NCBI GenBank assembly: GCA_902551215.1
Contig: CACDCI010000001.1
Coordinates: 6,384 to 70,383 of the forward strand
Origin: an uncultured Pelagibacteraceae bacterium
GTDB lineage: Bacteria; Pseudomonadota; Alphaproteobacteria; Pelagibacterales; Pelagibacteraceae
Length of the DNA: 64,000 nucleotides
Direction of reading: 5' to 3'
Made by a program: the position numbers and the translations under genes
Notes under the pieces: model-generated
Database searches by the model: none
Told to the model about the DNA's origin: nothing
What the model saw: only the letters and a program-made list of their open reading frames with translations
In this document: positions 52,907 through 63,984 of the stretch, in pieces
Layout of the letters: every line of letters begins with the position of its first letter
Position numbering within the stretch: position 1 is the first letter of the stretch

Positions 52907-53576
52907 TGACAGTTCTAATATTACCATCAATTATTTCTAATTTACAATCTGCCATATTAGCAAAAAATCTATTATGAGTTGCATATACAATCAATCTATT
53001 AGAATTTTTTAATTTATATAAGATTTTAAAAACTTCTTTTGCAGTAACTCGATCGAGACTACCAGTTGGTTCATCGGCTAAGATAATTTGTGGCTCATTA
53101 ATTAATGCTCTTGCAATAGCAATTCTCTGCATTTCACCAACTGATAGTTCTGATGGATAATGATTAACTCGATTAATCAATCCCATTTTTTGAATAATAT
53201 TTTTTGCATCAATAACAGCTTTTTTTTTATTATCTTCCAAAGCAATTCTTGCCAGATAAACATTCTCGAGAGCAGTGAAATCTGGTAATAAATTATTTTG
53301 CTGATAAATAATGCCAATTTTTTTAGCTCTAATTTTATCATTAATAGATAAATCATTATAATTAATAACTCTATCGTTTATTTTTAATGAACCTAAAGTT
53401 GGTTTGTCAATTAATGATAAAATGTTTAACAGTGTTGATTTACCAGAGCCAGAAGGCCCTACTAATGAATAAATTTTACCTTTTTTAAATTTATAATTAA
53501 TCTTTTTTAGAACTGAAATTTTTTTACTTGTAAAAAAATTTTTTGATATTTTATTGAGTGTAATTAAATTATTCAT
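52890..53576 (-). CDS. lolD: Lipoprotein-releasing ABC transporter ATPase
   Basis: [21 protein letters not shown]; variant signature LSVGE; follows lolC/E. Confidence 0.88.
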   Translation of the reverse strand: MNNLITLNKISKNFFTSKKISVLKKINYKFKKGKIYSLVGPSGSGKSTLLNILSLIDKPTLGSLKINDRVINYNDLSINDKIRAKKIGIIYQQNNLLPDFTALENVYLARIALEDNKKKAVIDAKNIIQKMGLINRVNHYPSELSVGEMQRIAIARALINEPQIILADEPTGSLDRVTAKEVFKILYKLKNSNRLIVYATHNRFFANMADCKLEIIDGNIRTVNARFK

Positions 53577-54801
53577 ATTTAAGAGCTCTAACTGGATCTA
53601 ATTTTGATGCTTTAATTGCAGGAAATATTGAAACAAGAATTGTAACAATAATTGAACAAATTGATATTATAAAAATTGAAAAAGGATTTATTTCAGATGG
53701 CATTGTACTTAAAAAATAAATCTCTTCAGGAAATAAACTTATATTAAATATATTACTCAAAAATTCTCTTAAATTTTCTATATATAAAGAAAACATTACT
53801 CCTAAAAAAATTCCAAATAAAGTTGCAGAAGTACCAATTATAACCCCAACTAAGAAAAATATTTTTGTAATAGATTTATTTAATACACCAATCGATTTTA
53901 ATATTGCTATTTCACGTGTTTTATTTTTTACTAATATTGTTAGACCAGAAATAATGTTAAATGCTGCTACAATAATAATTAAAGATAAAATTATAAACAT
54001 AACGTTTCGTTCAACTTTTAATGCTGAAAATAGCGAGCTATTCATATCAGACCAAGTATAAATAAATTCACTTTCAAAAATTTTTTGTATTTTTATTTTT
54101 TGCTTTTCTATTTTAGTTGGGTTTTTTAAATAAATTTCTAAATTTCTATCTTTACTTTTTAAACCAAAAAAGCTTTCAAGCGTGTTTATGTTGATAAAAG
54201 AAACATTTCGATCAAAATCAGCAATGCCGCTGTCAAATATTGAGCTAACTATAAAAGCTTGTTGTTTAGGCAAATCACCAATTATTGTTTGTATACCTGA
54301 TGATGACATAATCATGATTTTGTCACCAATTTTTAAATTTAAATCAAAACTTAATTCTTTTCCTATAGATATATTGTTATTTTCCAAATTATTTGAATTT
54401 CCAATAAAATTGTTGCCTTTTGTTACAGCAATTTTAGGAAAGTCATTTTTAGAATAACCTCTCAAAATCAGACCTTTCGTAAAATTTTTATTAATTACAA
54501 CTGCTTCACCTGAATTACTAAAAATTAATTCATTTGATATACTGTTTAATTCTTTATTATTTAATTTTTCTGTATTAATTGAATTTTCATATGGTTCAAC
54601 AGTAACATGGGAGTTAAAGCCAACAATTTTATTAATTAATTCTGATCTAAAGCCATTCATCACTGACATAACTATTATTAATACGGCAACACCAAGACTT
54701 ATTCCTATAAATGAAAAAATTGAAATAATATTTAAAAAACCATCTTTTTTTCTGGTTTTAAGATACTTAAAAGTAATTTCTTTTTCTAATGTAGAAATCA
54801 A
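53569..54801 (-). CDS. Lipoprotein-releasing ABC transporter permease (LolC/E)
   Basis: VMSVMNGF, AAFNIIS, EIAILKSIG, PA.KASKLDP..ALKYE. Confidence 0.92.
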   Translation of the reverse strand: MISTLEKEITFKYLKTRKKDGFLNIISIFSFIGISLGVAVLIIVMSVMNGFRSELINKIVGFNSHVTVEPYENSINTEKLNNKELNSISNELIFSNSGEAVVINKNFTKGLILRGYSKNDFPKIAVTKGNNFIGNSNNLENNNISIGKELSFDLNLKIGDKIMIMSSSGIQTIIGDLPKQQAFIVSSIFDSGIADFDRNVSFININTLESFFGLKSKDRNLEIYLKNPTKIEKQKIKIQKIFESEFIYTWSDMNSSLFSALKVERNVMFIILSLIIIVAAFNIISGLTILVKNKTREIAILKSIGVLNKSITKIFFLVGVIIGTSATLFGIFLGVMFSLYIENLREFLSNIFNISLFPEEIYFLSTMPSEINPFSIFIISICSIIVTILVSIFPAIKASKLDPVRALKYE

Positions 54802-56132
54802 ATTTTTTCTTTTTGTTCAGTTATAAATTTAGTTATTTGTTCTATAGATAAATTCTTTGGATCTTTACCAACTTCTTTAAACTCAAATAAATCGCCATCA
54901 GATTTTTTTCCTAGAAGTATTTGGTATGGCACACCTATTAAATTAAATTTTTTTATTTTTGAAGAAAAATTTTCATCTGTGTCGTCTATAATTGAGTCTA
55001 TATTATTGTTATTCAAATGTTTAAAAATATTATTTGCTTTTTCAAGGTTAGAATTATCATTTTTGTTTACCAATGGAATTATAGCAACTTCGTATGGAGC
55101 AACAGACATTGGCCATTTCATTATTTCTTCTTTCTCATCATATTTTGCTTCAATGATTGCGCCAACTAATCTTGATACACCAATTCCATAAGAGCCCATT
55201 TTGACAAAATCCTTTTTCCCTCCGGGAAGATCTACAGCTGCATTTAGTGGTTTTGAATATTTATCTCCAAAATAAAAAATATGACCAACTTCAATTCCTT
55301 TGGTTGTTAGTCTATTTTCTTTAGAAACTTTTTCTTCAAATTCTTTTTTATTAAATTTTTCATCAGTAACAGCATAAAATTTTTCATATTGCTTCCTTAA
55401 ATCTTCTAAAGATTTTTTTTCAATATCAAAACCATTGCTATTAACATCAAAAATTCTTTTATCAGTAAAAATTTTACTTTCGCCAGTTTCAGCTAATATA
55501 ATAAACTCATGTGAAAGATTTCCGCCTATGGGTCCTGTATCTGCGGCCATTGGTATTGCTGTTAAATCCAAACGTTTAAAAGTTCTTAAATAAGAAAGAA
55601 AAAATTTATTATAAGAAAAAAAAGCCTCTTCATCATTAATATCAAATGAATATGCATCTTTCATGAAAAATTCCCTACATCTCATAATTCCAAATCTAGG
55701 TCGAAGTTCGTCTCTAAACTTCCATTGTATATGGTAAAGTAACTGAGGTAATAATTTATATGATTTGATACTGGATCTAAATATTTCTGTTATTAATTCT
55801 TCATTTGTAGGTCCATATAACATTTCTCTATTCTGGCGATCTTTAATTCTTAGCATTTCATCTCCATAATCTTCATAACGTCCACTTTCTTTCCAAATTT
55901 CACTTGACTGTATAGTTGGCATCAACAATTCATGAGCACCTATTTTGTTTTGTTCTTCTCTAACTATTTTTTCAATTTTTTTCATAACTTTAAAACCAAG
56001 TGGTAGCCATGAATAAATTCCGGCTGATGATTGCTTGATCATTCCAGTTCTTAACATTAATTGGTGAGATTTAATTTTCGCTTCTGATGGGTTGTTTTTT
56101 AAAATTGGTATGAATGCTTTTGATATATACAT
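54798..56132 (-). CDS. proS: Proline--tRNA ligase (short form without editing domain)
   Basis: WKESGR, GPTNEE, KFRDE.RPRFG..R.REF.MKDAYSF, MGSYGIGVSR. Confidence 0.95.
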   Translation of the reverse strand: MYISKAFIPILKNNPSEAKIKSHQLMLRTGMIKQSSAGIYSWLPLGFKVMKKIEKIVREEQNKIGAHELLMPTIQSSEIWKESGRYEDYGDEMLRIKDRQNREMLYGPTNEELITEIFRSSIKSYKLLPQLLYHIQWKFRDELRPRFGIMRCREFFMKDAYSFDINDEEAFFSYNKFFLSYLRTFKRLDLTAIPMAADTGPIGGNLSHEFIILAETGESKIFTDKRIFDVNSNGFDIEKKSLEDLRKQYEKFYAVTDEKFNKKEFEEKVSKENRLTTKGIEVGHIFYFGDKYSKPLNAAVDLPGGKKDFVKMGSYGIGVSRLVGAIIEAKYDEKEEIMKWPMSVAPYEVAIIPLVNKNDNSNLEKANNIFKHLNNNNIDSIIDDTDENFSSKIKKFNLIGVPYQILLGKKSDGDLFEFKEVGKDPKNLSIEQITKFITEQKEKI

Positions 56133-56168
56133 TTTAAGTTATTATGTTTCTTAAATTAAAATATTCAA

Positions 56169-57827
56169 TTAAATTCTCACTAAGTTAATGTTTGTAAAAG
56201 GTTTTTTTCCTGTTTTTTCCTTTGAATATTTTCTACAAACAGTTTTAATTGTATTAATTAAATTAATTTCTTGTTTCTTGCTATTTAAAGAGAAAGTTTT
56301 TATAGTATTTTCTATTTCTTCTTCTAATCCATACATAAAATCCTCTGTTTCAGCAATTGGTAATCCTTTAAAAGTTAATATAGGTTTTTGATGAGTATTT
56401 CCTTTAGGAGTAACTAAGATAGTCACTTCCATATACCCATTAGCACTTAAATTTTTTCTATCTTTTATTGATTGTGAATCTTCTTCTACACTAATATTTC
56501 CATCAAGATAAAGTCTTCCACTTGGTGCTTTGTCATAAACTTTAGGCTGATCACCAGGATATAGTCTTACAATATCGCCATTTTCTACTTGTACAGGATA
56601 AGGAACCTGCATTTCTTTAGCAAAATTTATATGTTCAATCATATGTCTATGTTCGCCGTGAACAGGAATTACACACTTAGGTTTAACCCAATTATACATA
56701 TCTTTAAGATCCTCTCTATTTGGATGTCCCGAAACATGCACAAATTCATTTTCTTCAGAGATTACCTCAATTTCATTTTTTACAAGTTGATTATGTAATT
56801 TGTACAACTTTTTTTCATTTCCTGGAATAATTTTTGATGAAAATATAACTGCATCTCCTTTTTCGATAACAACATCTGGATGTGTATAACTAGAAATTCT
56901 CATCATTGCGCCCATTGGTTCTCCTTGACTTCCAGTACATAGATAAATTATTTTTTCTCTTGAAAATTTTTTTGCCTCACGTGAATCAATAGGTTCTATT
57001 ACATCTTTCAAATAACCGCATTGTTTTGCGGCTTTGTATATACGATTCATTGACCTTCCAACTAAAGAAATTTGTCTACCTAATTTTTCTGCACAGTAAA
57101 AAACTGTTTCCATTCGTGCTACATTTGAAGCAAACGATGTGACTATAATTCTTTTTTTAAACCTGCTCATTATATTTAATAAACTTTTTCTAACATCAAG
57201 TTCAGAGCCAGATCTTCCAATGCTAAAAACATTTGTTGAATCGCAAATCATTGCAAGAACACCTTCTTTCCCAATTTCTTTTAATCTTTCAGAATTTATT
57301 TTACTTCCTATTAGAGGGTTTGGATCAACTTTCCAGTCACCGGTGTGCAATATAATACCAGCTGGTGTTTCTATTCTTAAACCATTTGGCTCTAATATAG
57401 AGTGAGTTAGTGTAATGTACTCAATTTTAAAAGGTCCAAGATTTATTGTTCCATTTAAATCTACAATTTGTAAGTTATTAGTTATATCAATTTTTTTTTC
57501 TTTAAATTTTTCTCTTATTAAAATTGCAGTAAATGGCGTTGCAAAAATTTTACATTTTAATTTTGGCCACAAATGAGCAATCGCACCTATATGATCTTCA
57601 TGCGCGTGTGTTAAAACTATTCCTAAAAGATCGTCTTTTTTATCTGTTATAAAACCTGGATCAGGATAAATTAGATCAATGCCTGGAAAAGTGTCATCAG
57701 CAAAAGTTACACCTATGTCAACCATAATCCATTTTTTATTATCCGGCTTGCCATAAGCAAATAAATTCATGTTCATGCCTATTTCTCCAGATCCTCCTAA
57801 TGGACAAAATAATAATTCTTCTTTCAT
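56169..57827 (-). CDS. rnj: Ribonuclease J
   Basis: LGGSGEIGMN, THAHEDHIG, TGSQGEP, HVSGH, PVHGE. Confidence 0.95.
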   Translation of the reverse strand: MKEELLFCPLGGSGEIGMNMNLFAYGKPDNKKWIMVDIGVTFADDTFPGIDLIYPDPGFITDKKDDLLGIVLTHAHEDHIGAIAHLWPKLKCKIFATPFTAILIREKFKEKKIDITNNLQIVDLNGTINLGPFKIEYITLTHSILEPNGLRIETPAGIILHTGDWKVDPNPLIGSKINSERLKEIGKEGVLAMICDSTNVFSIGRSGSELDVRKSLLNIMSRFKKRIIVTSFASNVARMETVFYCAEKLGRQISLVGRSMNRIYKAAKQCGYLKDVIEPIDSREAKKFSREKIIYLCTGSQGEPMGAMMRISSYTHPDVVIEKGDAVIFSSKIIPGNEKKLYKLHNQLVKNEIEVISEENEFVHVSGHPNREDLKDMYNWVKPKCVIPVHGEHRHMIEHINFAKEMQVPYPVQVENGDIVRLYPGDQPKVYDKAPSGRLYLDGNISVEEDSQSIKDRKNLSANGYMEVTILVTPKGNTHQKPILTFKGLPIAETEDFMYGLEEEIENTIKTFSLNSKKQEINLINTIKTVCRKYSKEKTGKKPFTNINLVRI

Positions 57828-57829
57828 TG

Positions 57830-58576
57830 TTATTTAATTAAATTGGAAACCTTTATAAGGCCTTTAATTGTAATATCTCTATTTATAGATACTTTTTTGT
57901 CGTTAAATTTATTAAACAAATGAGAAAATCCACCTGTAACTATTATTTTAAAAGATTTTTTAGTTTCTTTTTTAATAAGGTTTACAATATTTTCAATTAA
58001 ACCTCTATAACCCCAAAAAAAACCAGATCTAACAGCATTAACTGTATTAGAACCAATTACTTTATTGATTTTTTTTAGCCTTAAATTGGGTATTAATGAT
58101 GCATTTTCAACAAGTGTATCTAAAGAAATTTTTATACCAGGAGAAATGATTCCACCATGATAAATATTTTTTACTAAAACATCAAATGTTGTTGCTGTAC
58201 CAAAATCTAAAATAATAAAATTGTCTTTATTGTTCATCGATCCAATTGCATTTGCTAAACGATCTGATCCAATTTGTTTTTTGTTAACTTTAATTTTAAT
58301 TAATTTCTCAATTTTTAAATCTTTTAATTCAAAACATTTAATCTTATAATTATTTTTAATATATTTTTTTATTATTTTAAAAGTTTTTGGAACTACTGAG
58401 CAGAACAAACATTTTTTTAAATTTAAATTTTGCAGTTTTAGTTGCTTGAATTTTTTTTTTAACTGAATATTAGTTATTTTTTTTGAAGAAAAGTTTATTT
58501 TTCTAACAATTTTTTTACTAGAATCAACTAAACATATTTTAGTGTCAGTATTTCCAATATCTCCTACTAAAAACAT
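57830..58576 (-). CDS. coaX: Type III pantothenate kinase
   Basis: DIGNT, IGSDR, DFGTATTFD, GG.ISPG, TGG. Confidence 0.93.
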   Translation of the reverse strand: MFLVGDIGNTDTKICLVDSSKKIVRKINFSSKKITNIQLKKKFKQLKLQNLNLKKCLFCSVVPKTFKIIKKYIKNNYKIKCFELKDLKIEKLIKIKVNKKQIGSDRLANAIGSMNNKDNFIILDFGTATTFDVLVKNIYHGGIISPGIKISLDTLVENASLIPNLRLKKINKVIGSNTVNAVRSGFFWGYRGLIENIVNLIKKETKKSFKIIVTGGFSHLFNKFNDKKVSINRDITIKGLIKVSNLIK

Positions 58577-58577
58577 T

Positions 58578-59135
58578 TTATAAATTTTTTACTGTTGTTA
58601 AATTTAAGTTTGAAACTTTTCCAATAAATTTTTCATAAATATTTACTAATTCTAAAATAATTCTTTTTTTATTAACTTTAGTTTTTGTAAGTTCTAAAAT
58701 GTTTGTTGTTGGATAATTTTCAATATGTGGGCTTTTTATTAAATTTATACCAACACCAACAATAAAGTATGTTGTGTTATTTTTTTTAAGTGTTTCTTGA
58801 AGAATTCCACAAATTTTTTTTTTATTTATTAACAAATCATTTGGTGGCTTGATGTAAATTTTTTTTTTACAAAATTGGGACAGTGCTTTTTTAATTAAAA
58901 AACAGTTTGTTCTAGTTAATTGTTTTAATGACATATTAATTTTATCAAGGCTAAAAAAAATACTTACAAATAAGTTTCCTTTATAAGAAATCCATTTATT
59001 TCCACGTTGACCTCGACCTTTTTTTTGTTCGTCCGCAACTATTATACCAAATTTGTTATTTGTTTTTTTAATTAATCTTATTGCAATATCATTGGTGCTA
59101 TTAACAGTTTTAAATTTAAATTTTTTCAATTTCAT
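58578..59135 (-). CDS. birA: Biotin--protein ligase (catalytic domain only)
   Basis: STND, Q..GRGQRG..W.S, KPPND, KICGIL, GVGIN; only 185 aa. Confidence 0.88.
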   Translation of the reverse strand: MKLKKFKFKTVNSTNDIAIRLIKKTNNKFGIIVADEQKKGRGQRGNKWISYKGNLFVSIFFSLDKINMSLKQLTRTNCFLIKKALSQFCKKKIYIKPPNDLLINKKKICGILQETLKKNNTTYFIVGVGINLIKSPHIENYPTTNILELTKTKVNKKRIILELVNIYEKFIGKVSNLNLTTVKNL

Positions 59136-60553
59136 TAAATAATATTAATTCTAGACACTATTTCTACTAACCTACTTGGGTAAATGAAATATAAAAGAAT
59201 TAACAATGTTGATAGGGATAATGTGAGTTTTAAACCTATGCTATAATCAGAATCATATTTTTCTTTTTCTTGATCAAAATAAATAATTTTAATTATTCTT
59301 AAATAATAAAAAGCTGATATTACAGTTGATAGTAATCCAGTTATTGCTAAAAAATACATAGACTCTTTTACTATAGCTTTGAACAAATAAAATTTAGCAA
59401 AAAATCCTGCCATAGGAGGTATTCCTGCTAATGAAAAAAGAATAATTAATAAAGATAAGGAAATTAAAGGGTGGTTTTTTGAAAAACCAGAAAGATCATC
59501 AATATTTTCGTAATATTTATCATTACGTTTCAACATAAATAAACAGCTAAACAGTCCTAAATTCATTAATATATAAATTGAAATATAAATAATAGAACTT
59601 TGTACACCTTCGTTAGTTCCTGTTGACAATCCTGCCAAAGCAAAACCCATATGACCAATTGAGCTATAAGCAACTAATCTTTTTAAATTTTTTTGTCCAA
59701 TGGCGGCTAAAGCGCCAAAAATCATTGAGGCAATTGATAAGAAGATTACAATTATTTGCCATTGATCAATCATATTTATAAAAGGCACATATAAAAATCT
59801 TATAAATACAGTTAGTGCCGCAATTTTTGGGACTACAGCAAAAAATAGAGTAACTGATGTAGGAGATCCTTCATAAACATCTGGGGCCCACATATGAAAA
59901 GGGACAGCAGAAATTTTAAATGCCAAGCCTACTAAAATAAATACTATTCCAAATGTTAAACCATATTTAATAGGGTCTATGTTTTCGGAAATTATTATAA
60001 AATTTGTTGATCCTGTATAACCATATATTAGAGAGCATCCATATAACAATAAACCTGATGATAAAGCACTTAATATAAAATATTTTAAACCAGATTCTGA
60101 TGATTTAATTTGATCTCTATTAAAAGAAGCCAAGACGTATAATGAAAGCGACTGAAGTTCAAGACCGATATAAAAAACAATTAAATCGTTAGAGCTAATC
60201 ATTACCATCATTCCTAATATTGAGCTAAGAAGTAAGATTGAGTACTCAATTTGAAATATTTTAAATATTCTTAAGTATCTTGAAGAAGCTATTAATACAA
60301 ATGATCCCGAAGATATTGTTAAAATTTTCATAAATGATGAAAAAAAATTTATTTCGTAGCTATCATTAAATAAATAAATATTAGATTGCAGTGGATTGTT
60401 AAAAATTAAAGCTAAAGTAAAAATTAAAAAAATAATTGAAAAATTATAAACTAAACTATTACTATTTTTTTTAAATACACCTAATAAAAGTAAAAACATT
60501 ATTGATAATGAAATAAATATTTCAGGGTATATAAAATTTAAATTATCAATCAT
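59135..60553 (-). CDS. nuoN: NADH-quinone oxidoreductase subunit N
   Basis: ESGLKYF, FKISAVPFHMWAPDVYEG, KRLVAYSSIGH, LAGIPP.AGF..K. Confidence 0.95.
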   Translation of the reverse strand: MIDNLNFIYPEIFISLSIMFLLLLGVFKKNSNSLVYNFSIIFLIFTLALIFNNPLQSNIYLFNDSYEINFFSSFMKILTISSGSFVLIASSRYLRIFKIFQIEYSILLLSSILGMMVMISSNDLIVFYIGLELQSLSLYVLASFNRDQIKSSESGLKYFILSALSSGLLLYGCSLIYGYTGSTNFIIISENIDPIKYGLTFGIVFILVGLAFKISAVPFHMWAPDVYEGSPTSVTLFFAVVPKIAALTVFIRFLYVPFINMIDQWQIIVIFLSIASMIFGALAAIGQKNLKRLVAYSSIGHMGFALAGLSTGTNEGVQSSIIYISIYILMNLGLFSCLFMLKRNDKYYENIDDLSGFSKNHPLISLSLLIILFSLAGIPPMAGFFAKFYLFKAIVKESMYFLAITGLLSTVISAFYYLRIIKIIYFDQEKEKYDSDYSIGLKLTLSLSTLLILLYFIYPSRLVEIVSRINII

Positions 60554-62064
60554 TTAATTAAATCATCTCCATTAAATTCTGCATAGGAAGATAAGTTCAA
60601 ATCATACATCTGAATCAAATCTTGTATCGAAATTTCAATTGTATTTATAAGTGGCTCTGGGTAAAAACCAAAAAATAATGTTGGTATAGCCAAACTCCAC
60701 AAAATAAATATTTCTGATTTGTTTAAGTCTGGAATTTTAAATAATTCCTTGTTAATTAAATTTCCAAAGACAACTCTTTTATATAACCAAAGCATATAAG
60801 CTGCTGCAAAAATAACTCCTAAACTTGCAATTAATGCAGTAATGATGCTCTTTTGAAAAGCACCAAGTAAAATTAAAAATTCACCTATAAAACCACTTGT
60901 TCCTGGTAATCCAATTGCTGCAAGTGTAAAAATCATAAAAACTACAGCATATTTGGGCATAATAGAAACAATTCCTCCATAACTGTTAATAAGACGTGAA
61001 TGTGTCCTATCATAAAGAACACCAACACATAAAAATAAAGCAGCCGAAACAAGACCATGACTAATCATTTGAATTATACTTCCTTCAATACCTTGTTGAG
61101 TTAAAGTAAAAATACCCAAGGTAACAAAACCCATGTGCGCAACTGAAGAATATGCAATCAATTTTTTCATATCATCTTGCATCAAAGCAACAAGGGATAT
61201 AAATACAATAGCAATTAAACTCAAAGAGTAAATTAATGGTGTAAAAAAATCAGAAGCTATAGGAAACAAACCTAGAGAAAATCTTATAAAACCATATCCT
61301 GCCAGTTTAAGTAATATTGCCGCTAAAAAAACAGAACCAGCAGTTGGGGCTTCAACGTGAGCATCTGGAAGCCAAGTATGGACAGGCCACATTGGAGTTT
61401 TAACAGCAAAAGAACTAAAAAAAGCTAACCATAATAAGTTTTGATATTTCCAATCAATTCCGAATTCATAAAGTTGAACAACATCAGTTGTTCCTGTAAT
61501 CCAATATATAGCAATTATTGCTACTAGCATTAATACAGAACCTAATAAAGTAAATAAAAAAAACTTAAATGCTGAATAGATTCTTCTTGTTCCTCCCCAA
61601 ATACCAATAATTAAAAACATTGGTATTAAACCACCTTCAAAAAATAAATAAAATATTATTAAATCTAATGAACAAAAAACACCAATCATTAAACTTTCCA
61701 TAACTAAAATTGCAATTAAAAATTCTTTTAATCTAAATGAAATAGAGTTATTTATTGCAATTATAGATAATGGAGTAATAAATGTGGTTAATAAAATAAA
61801 TAGTATAGAAATGCCATCTATTCCAACTTTGTAATTTACAAATCCTTTTAACCATTCTTTATCTTCAACAAACTGAAATTCAGAAATAGTATTATCAAAT
61901 AAATACCAAAGATAAATTGAAATAAAGAAATTTACAAAAGATGTAAATAAAGCAACATACTTACTACTTTGATGGGTATTTGATGAATCGCTTTTCACAA
62001 ATAGTATAAACAATGAACCAACTAAAGGCAGTAATATTAATGAAGATAAAATTGGAAAATTCAT
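60550..62064 (-). CDS. nuoM: NADH-quinone oxidoreductase subunit M
   Basis: HTWLPDAHVEAPTAGS, KKLIAYSSVAHMG, GLPGTSGF.GEF. Confidence 0.95.
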   Translation of the reverse strand: MNFPILSSLILLPLVGSLFILFVKSDSSNTHQSSKYVALFTSFVNFFISIYLWYLFDNTISEFQFVEDKEWLKGFVNYKVGIDGISILFILLTTFITPLSIIAINNSISFRLKEFLIAILVMESLMIGVFCSLDLIIFYLFFEGGLIPMFLIIGIWGGTRRIYSAFKFFLFTLLGSVLMLVAIIAIYWITGTTDVVQLYEFGIDWKYQNLLWLAFFSSFAVKTPMWPVHTWLPDAHVEAPTAGSVFLAAILLKLAGYGFIRFSLGLFPIASDFFTPLIYSLSLIAIVFISLVALMQDDMKKLIAYSSVAHMGFVTLGIFTLTQQGIEGSIIQMISHGLVSAALFLCVGVLYDRTHSRLINSYGGIVSIMPKYAVVFMIFTLAAIGLPGTSGFIGEFLILLGAFQKSIITALIASLGVIFAAAYMLWLYKRVVFGNLINKELFKIPDLNKSEIFILWSLAIPTLFFGFYPEPLINTIEISIQDLIQMYDLNLSSYAEFNGDDLIK

Positions 62065-63984
62065 TATATTAATATTAAGTACGTAAGTAGTGCAGAAAAT
62101 CCAAGTAACATAATGAATGCATACTGATAAATATATCCGCTCTGAAATTTAACTGCTTTATTTGAAAAAATTTTAATTAAATTAGATATTCCATCCGGTC
62201 CAAATTTATCAATAAATTTTATATCAATATTTTTCCAAAAGAAAATTCCAATTTTTTTTGATGGTTTGACAAAAATATAATCATATAATTCATCAAAGTA
62301 CCATTTATTAATTAAGAAATTATATAATGGTTTATTTTCATTTTTTAACCAATTAGTAATATTTTTATTTTTTACAAATAAATAGTAAGAAAATGGTATA
62401 GATAAAACTACTATCACTGGGGTAAAATAAATTATCCATAACGGAGGGTGATCTAAACTTAATGGTGATAAAAATTTAATTGAATCAGTCCAGAAATTAT
62501 TGCTACTAGAATGACCAATAAATAATTCTTTAAAGAAGTAACCGGTAAATAAAGCACCAATTGCTAGCACTATTAAAGGAATTAACATAACTAATGGGGA
62601 TTCGTGCATTGTATCAATTTTCAATTTATTATTATTATAATCTCCATGGAAAGTTTTGAAAATTAACCTCCATGAATAAATTGAAGTTAATAAAGCTGTA
62701 AAGATTCCAACTGTAGAAGCATAATACCCGGCAGTATTTCCTCTCAAATATGCATATTCAATAATGGCATCTTTGGAATAGAAGCCTGATAATAATGGGA
62801 AGCCTGTTAATGCTAAAGTTCCAATGATCATTAAAACCCATGTATATGGTAATTTTTTCCATACTCCTCCCATTTGATTAATATCTTGCTCGTCTTTGAA
62901 AGAGTGTATTACCGACCCAGAACCTAAAAATAACAAAGCTTTAAAAAAAGCATGTGTAAACAAATGGAACATAGCAACATTATAAGCACCAACGCCAGCT
63001 GCAAAAAAACATATAACCTAATTGGCTACATGTGGAATATGCTATAATTTTTTTAATATCATTTTGTACCAAAGCAACTGTTGCTGCAAAAAATGCTGTG
63101 ATCATTCCAACAAAAGTAATTATATTTAATGTAAATTGAGAGTATTCAAAAATAGGTGAACATCTAACAACCAGAAAAACACCAGCTGTAACCATTGTAG
63201 CAGCATGAATTAATGCAGAAACAGGTGTTGGCCCTTCCATTGCATCTGGAAGCCAAGTGTGTAGTAATATTTGTGCAGATTTACCCATGGCTCCAATAAA
63301 TAGAAGCATACAAATTAAATCTATTGAGTTAAGTTGAAGGCCAAAAAAAGTTAATTTGTTATTTAAATTTTGTGGAACTTGTTGAAATACTTCATTGTAA
63401 TTTACTGTTCCAAATAAATAAAAAATTAAAAATATTCCTAATGCAAAACCAAAATCACCGACTCTATTAACTACAAAAGCTTTTATAGCTGCTGCGTTTG
63501 CAGAATCTTTTTTAAACCAAAAACCAATTAAAAAATATGAACAAAGTCCAACACCTTCCCATCCAAAAAATAATTGTAAAAAATTATCTGAGGTTACTAA
63601 AGTCAACATTGCAAAGGTAAAAAGTGACAAGTATGCCATAAATCTTGGTTTATGTTTGTCGTGTGACATATAACCAATTGAATAAATATGAACTAATGAA
63701 GATATTAACGTAACTACTACAAGCATTACAGCAGATACAGCATCAACTTTAATTGACCAATTAACATTTAATGATCCTGAATTAATCCATGAAGCTATAA
63801 CAACATTATTAGTGTACCCTTCTATTATGACTTGGTAAAAAATAAGTAAAGCTAGCACAGCTGAGATAGAAACAAATAAACTTGTAATAATTTCGGACAG
63901 TCTGTCTCCAATATATTTTCCAAAAAAACCTGAAATAATAAAAGATGCTAATGGAAGAAATAATAAAGCTAATTCCATAATCAT
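62064..63984 (-). CDS. nuoL: NADH-quinone oxidoreductase subunit L, split by a 1-nt frameshift near 63005 (probable sequencing error)
   Basis: GKSAQ..LHTWLPDAMEGPTPVSALIHAATM. Removing one T from the T7 run (A at 63003-63009) restores [33 protein letters not shown]. Confidence 0.93.

Noticed and set aside
1451-57405. Many short opposite-strand or alternate-frame ORFs in the track (e.g. 1451-1804, 7928-8260, 14608-15015, 17026-17391, 47744-48097, 51141-51617)
   Set aside because: They lie within well-supported genes, have low-complexity F/L/I/S-rich composition and show no motifs; they are antisense shadows of codon bias.
62064-63984. Naturally split nuoL
   Set aside because: A single extra T in a homopolymer explains the break, and the restored sequence matches the conserved NuoL motif.
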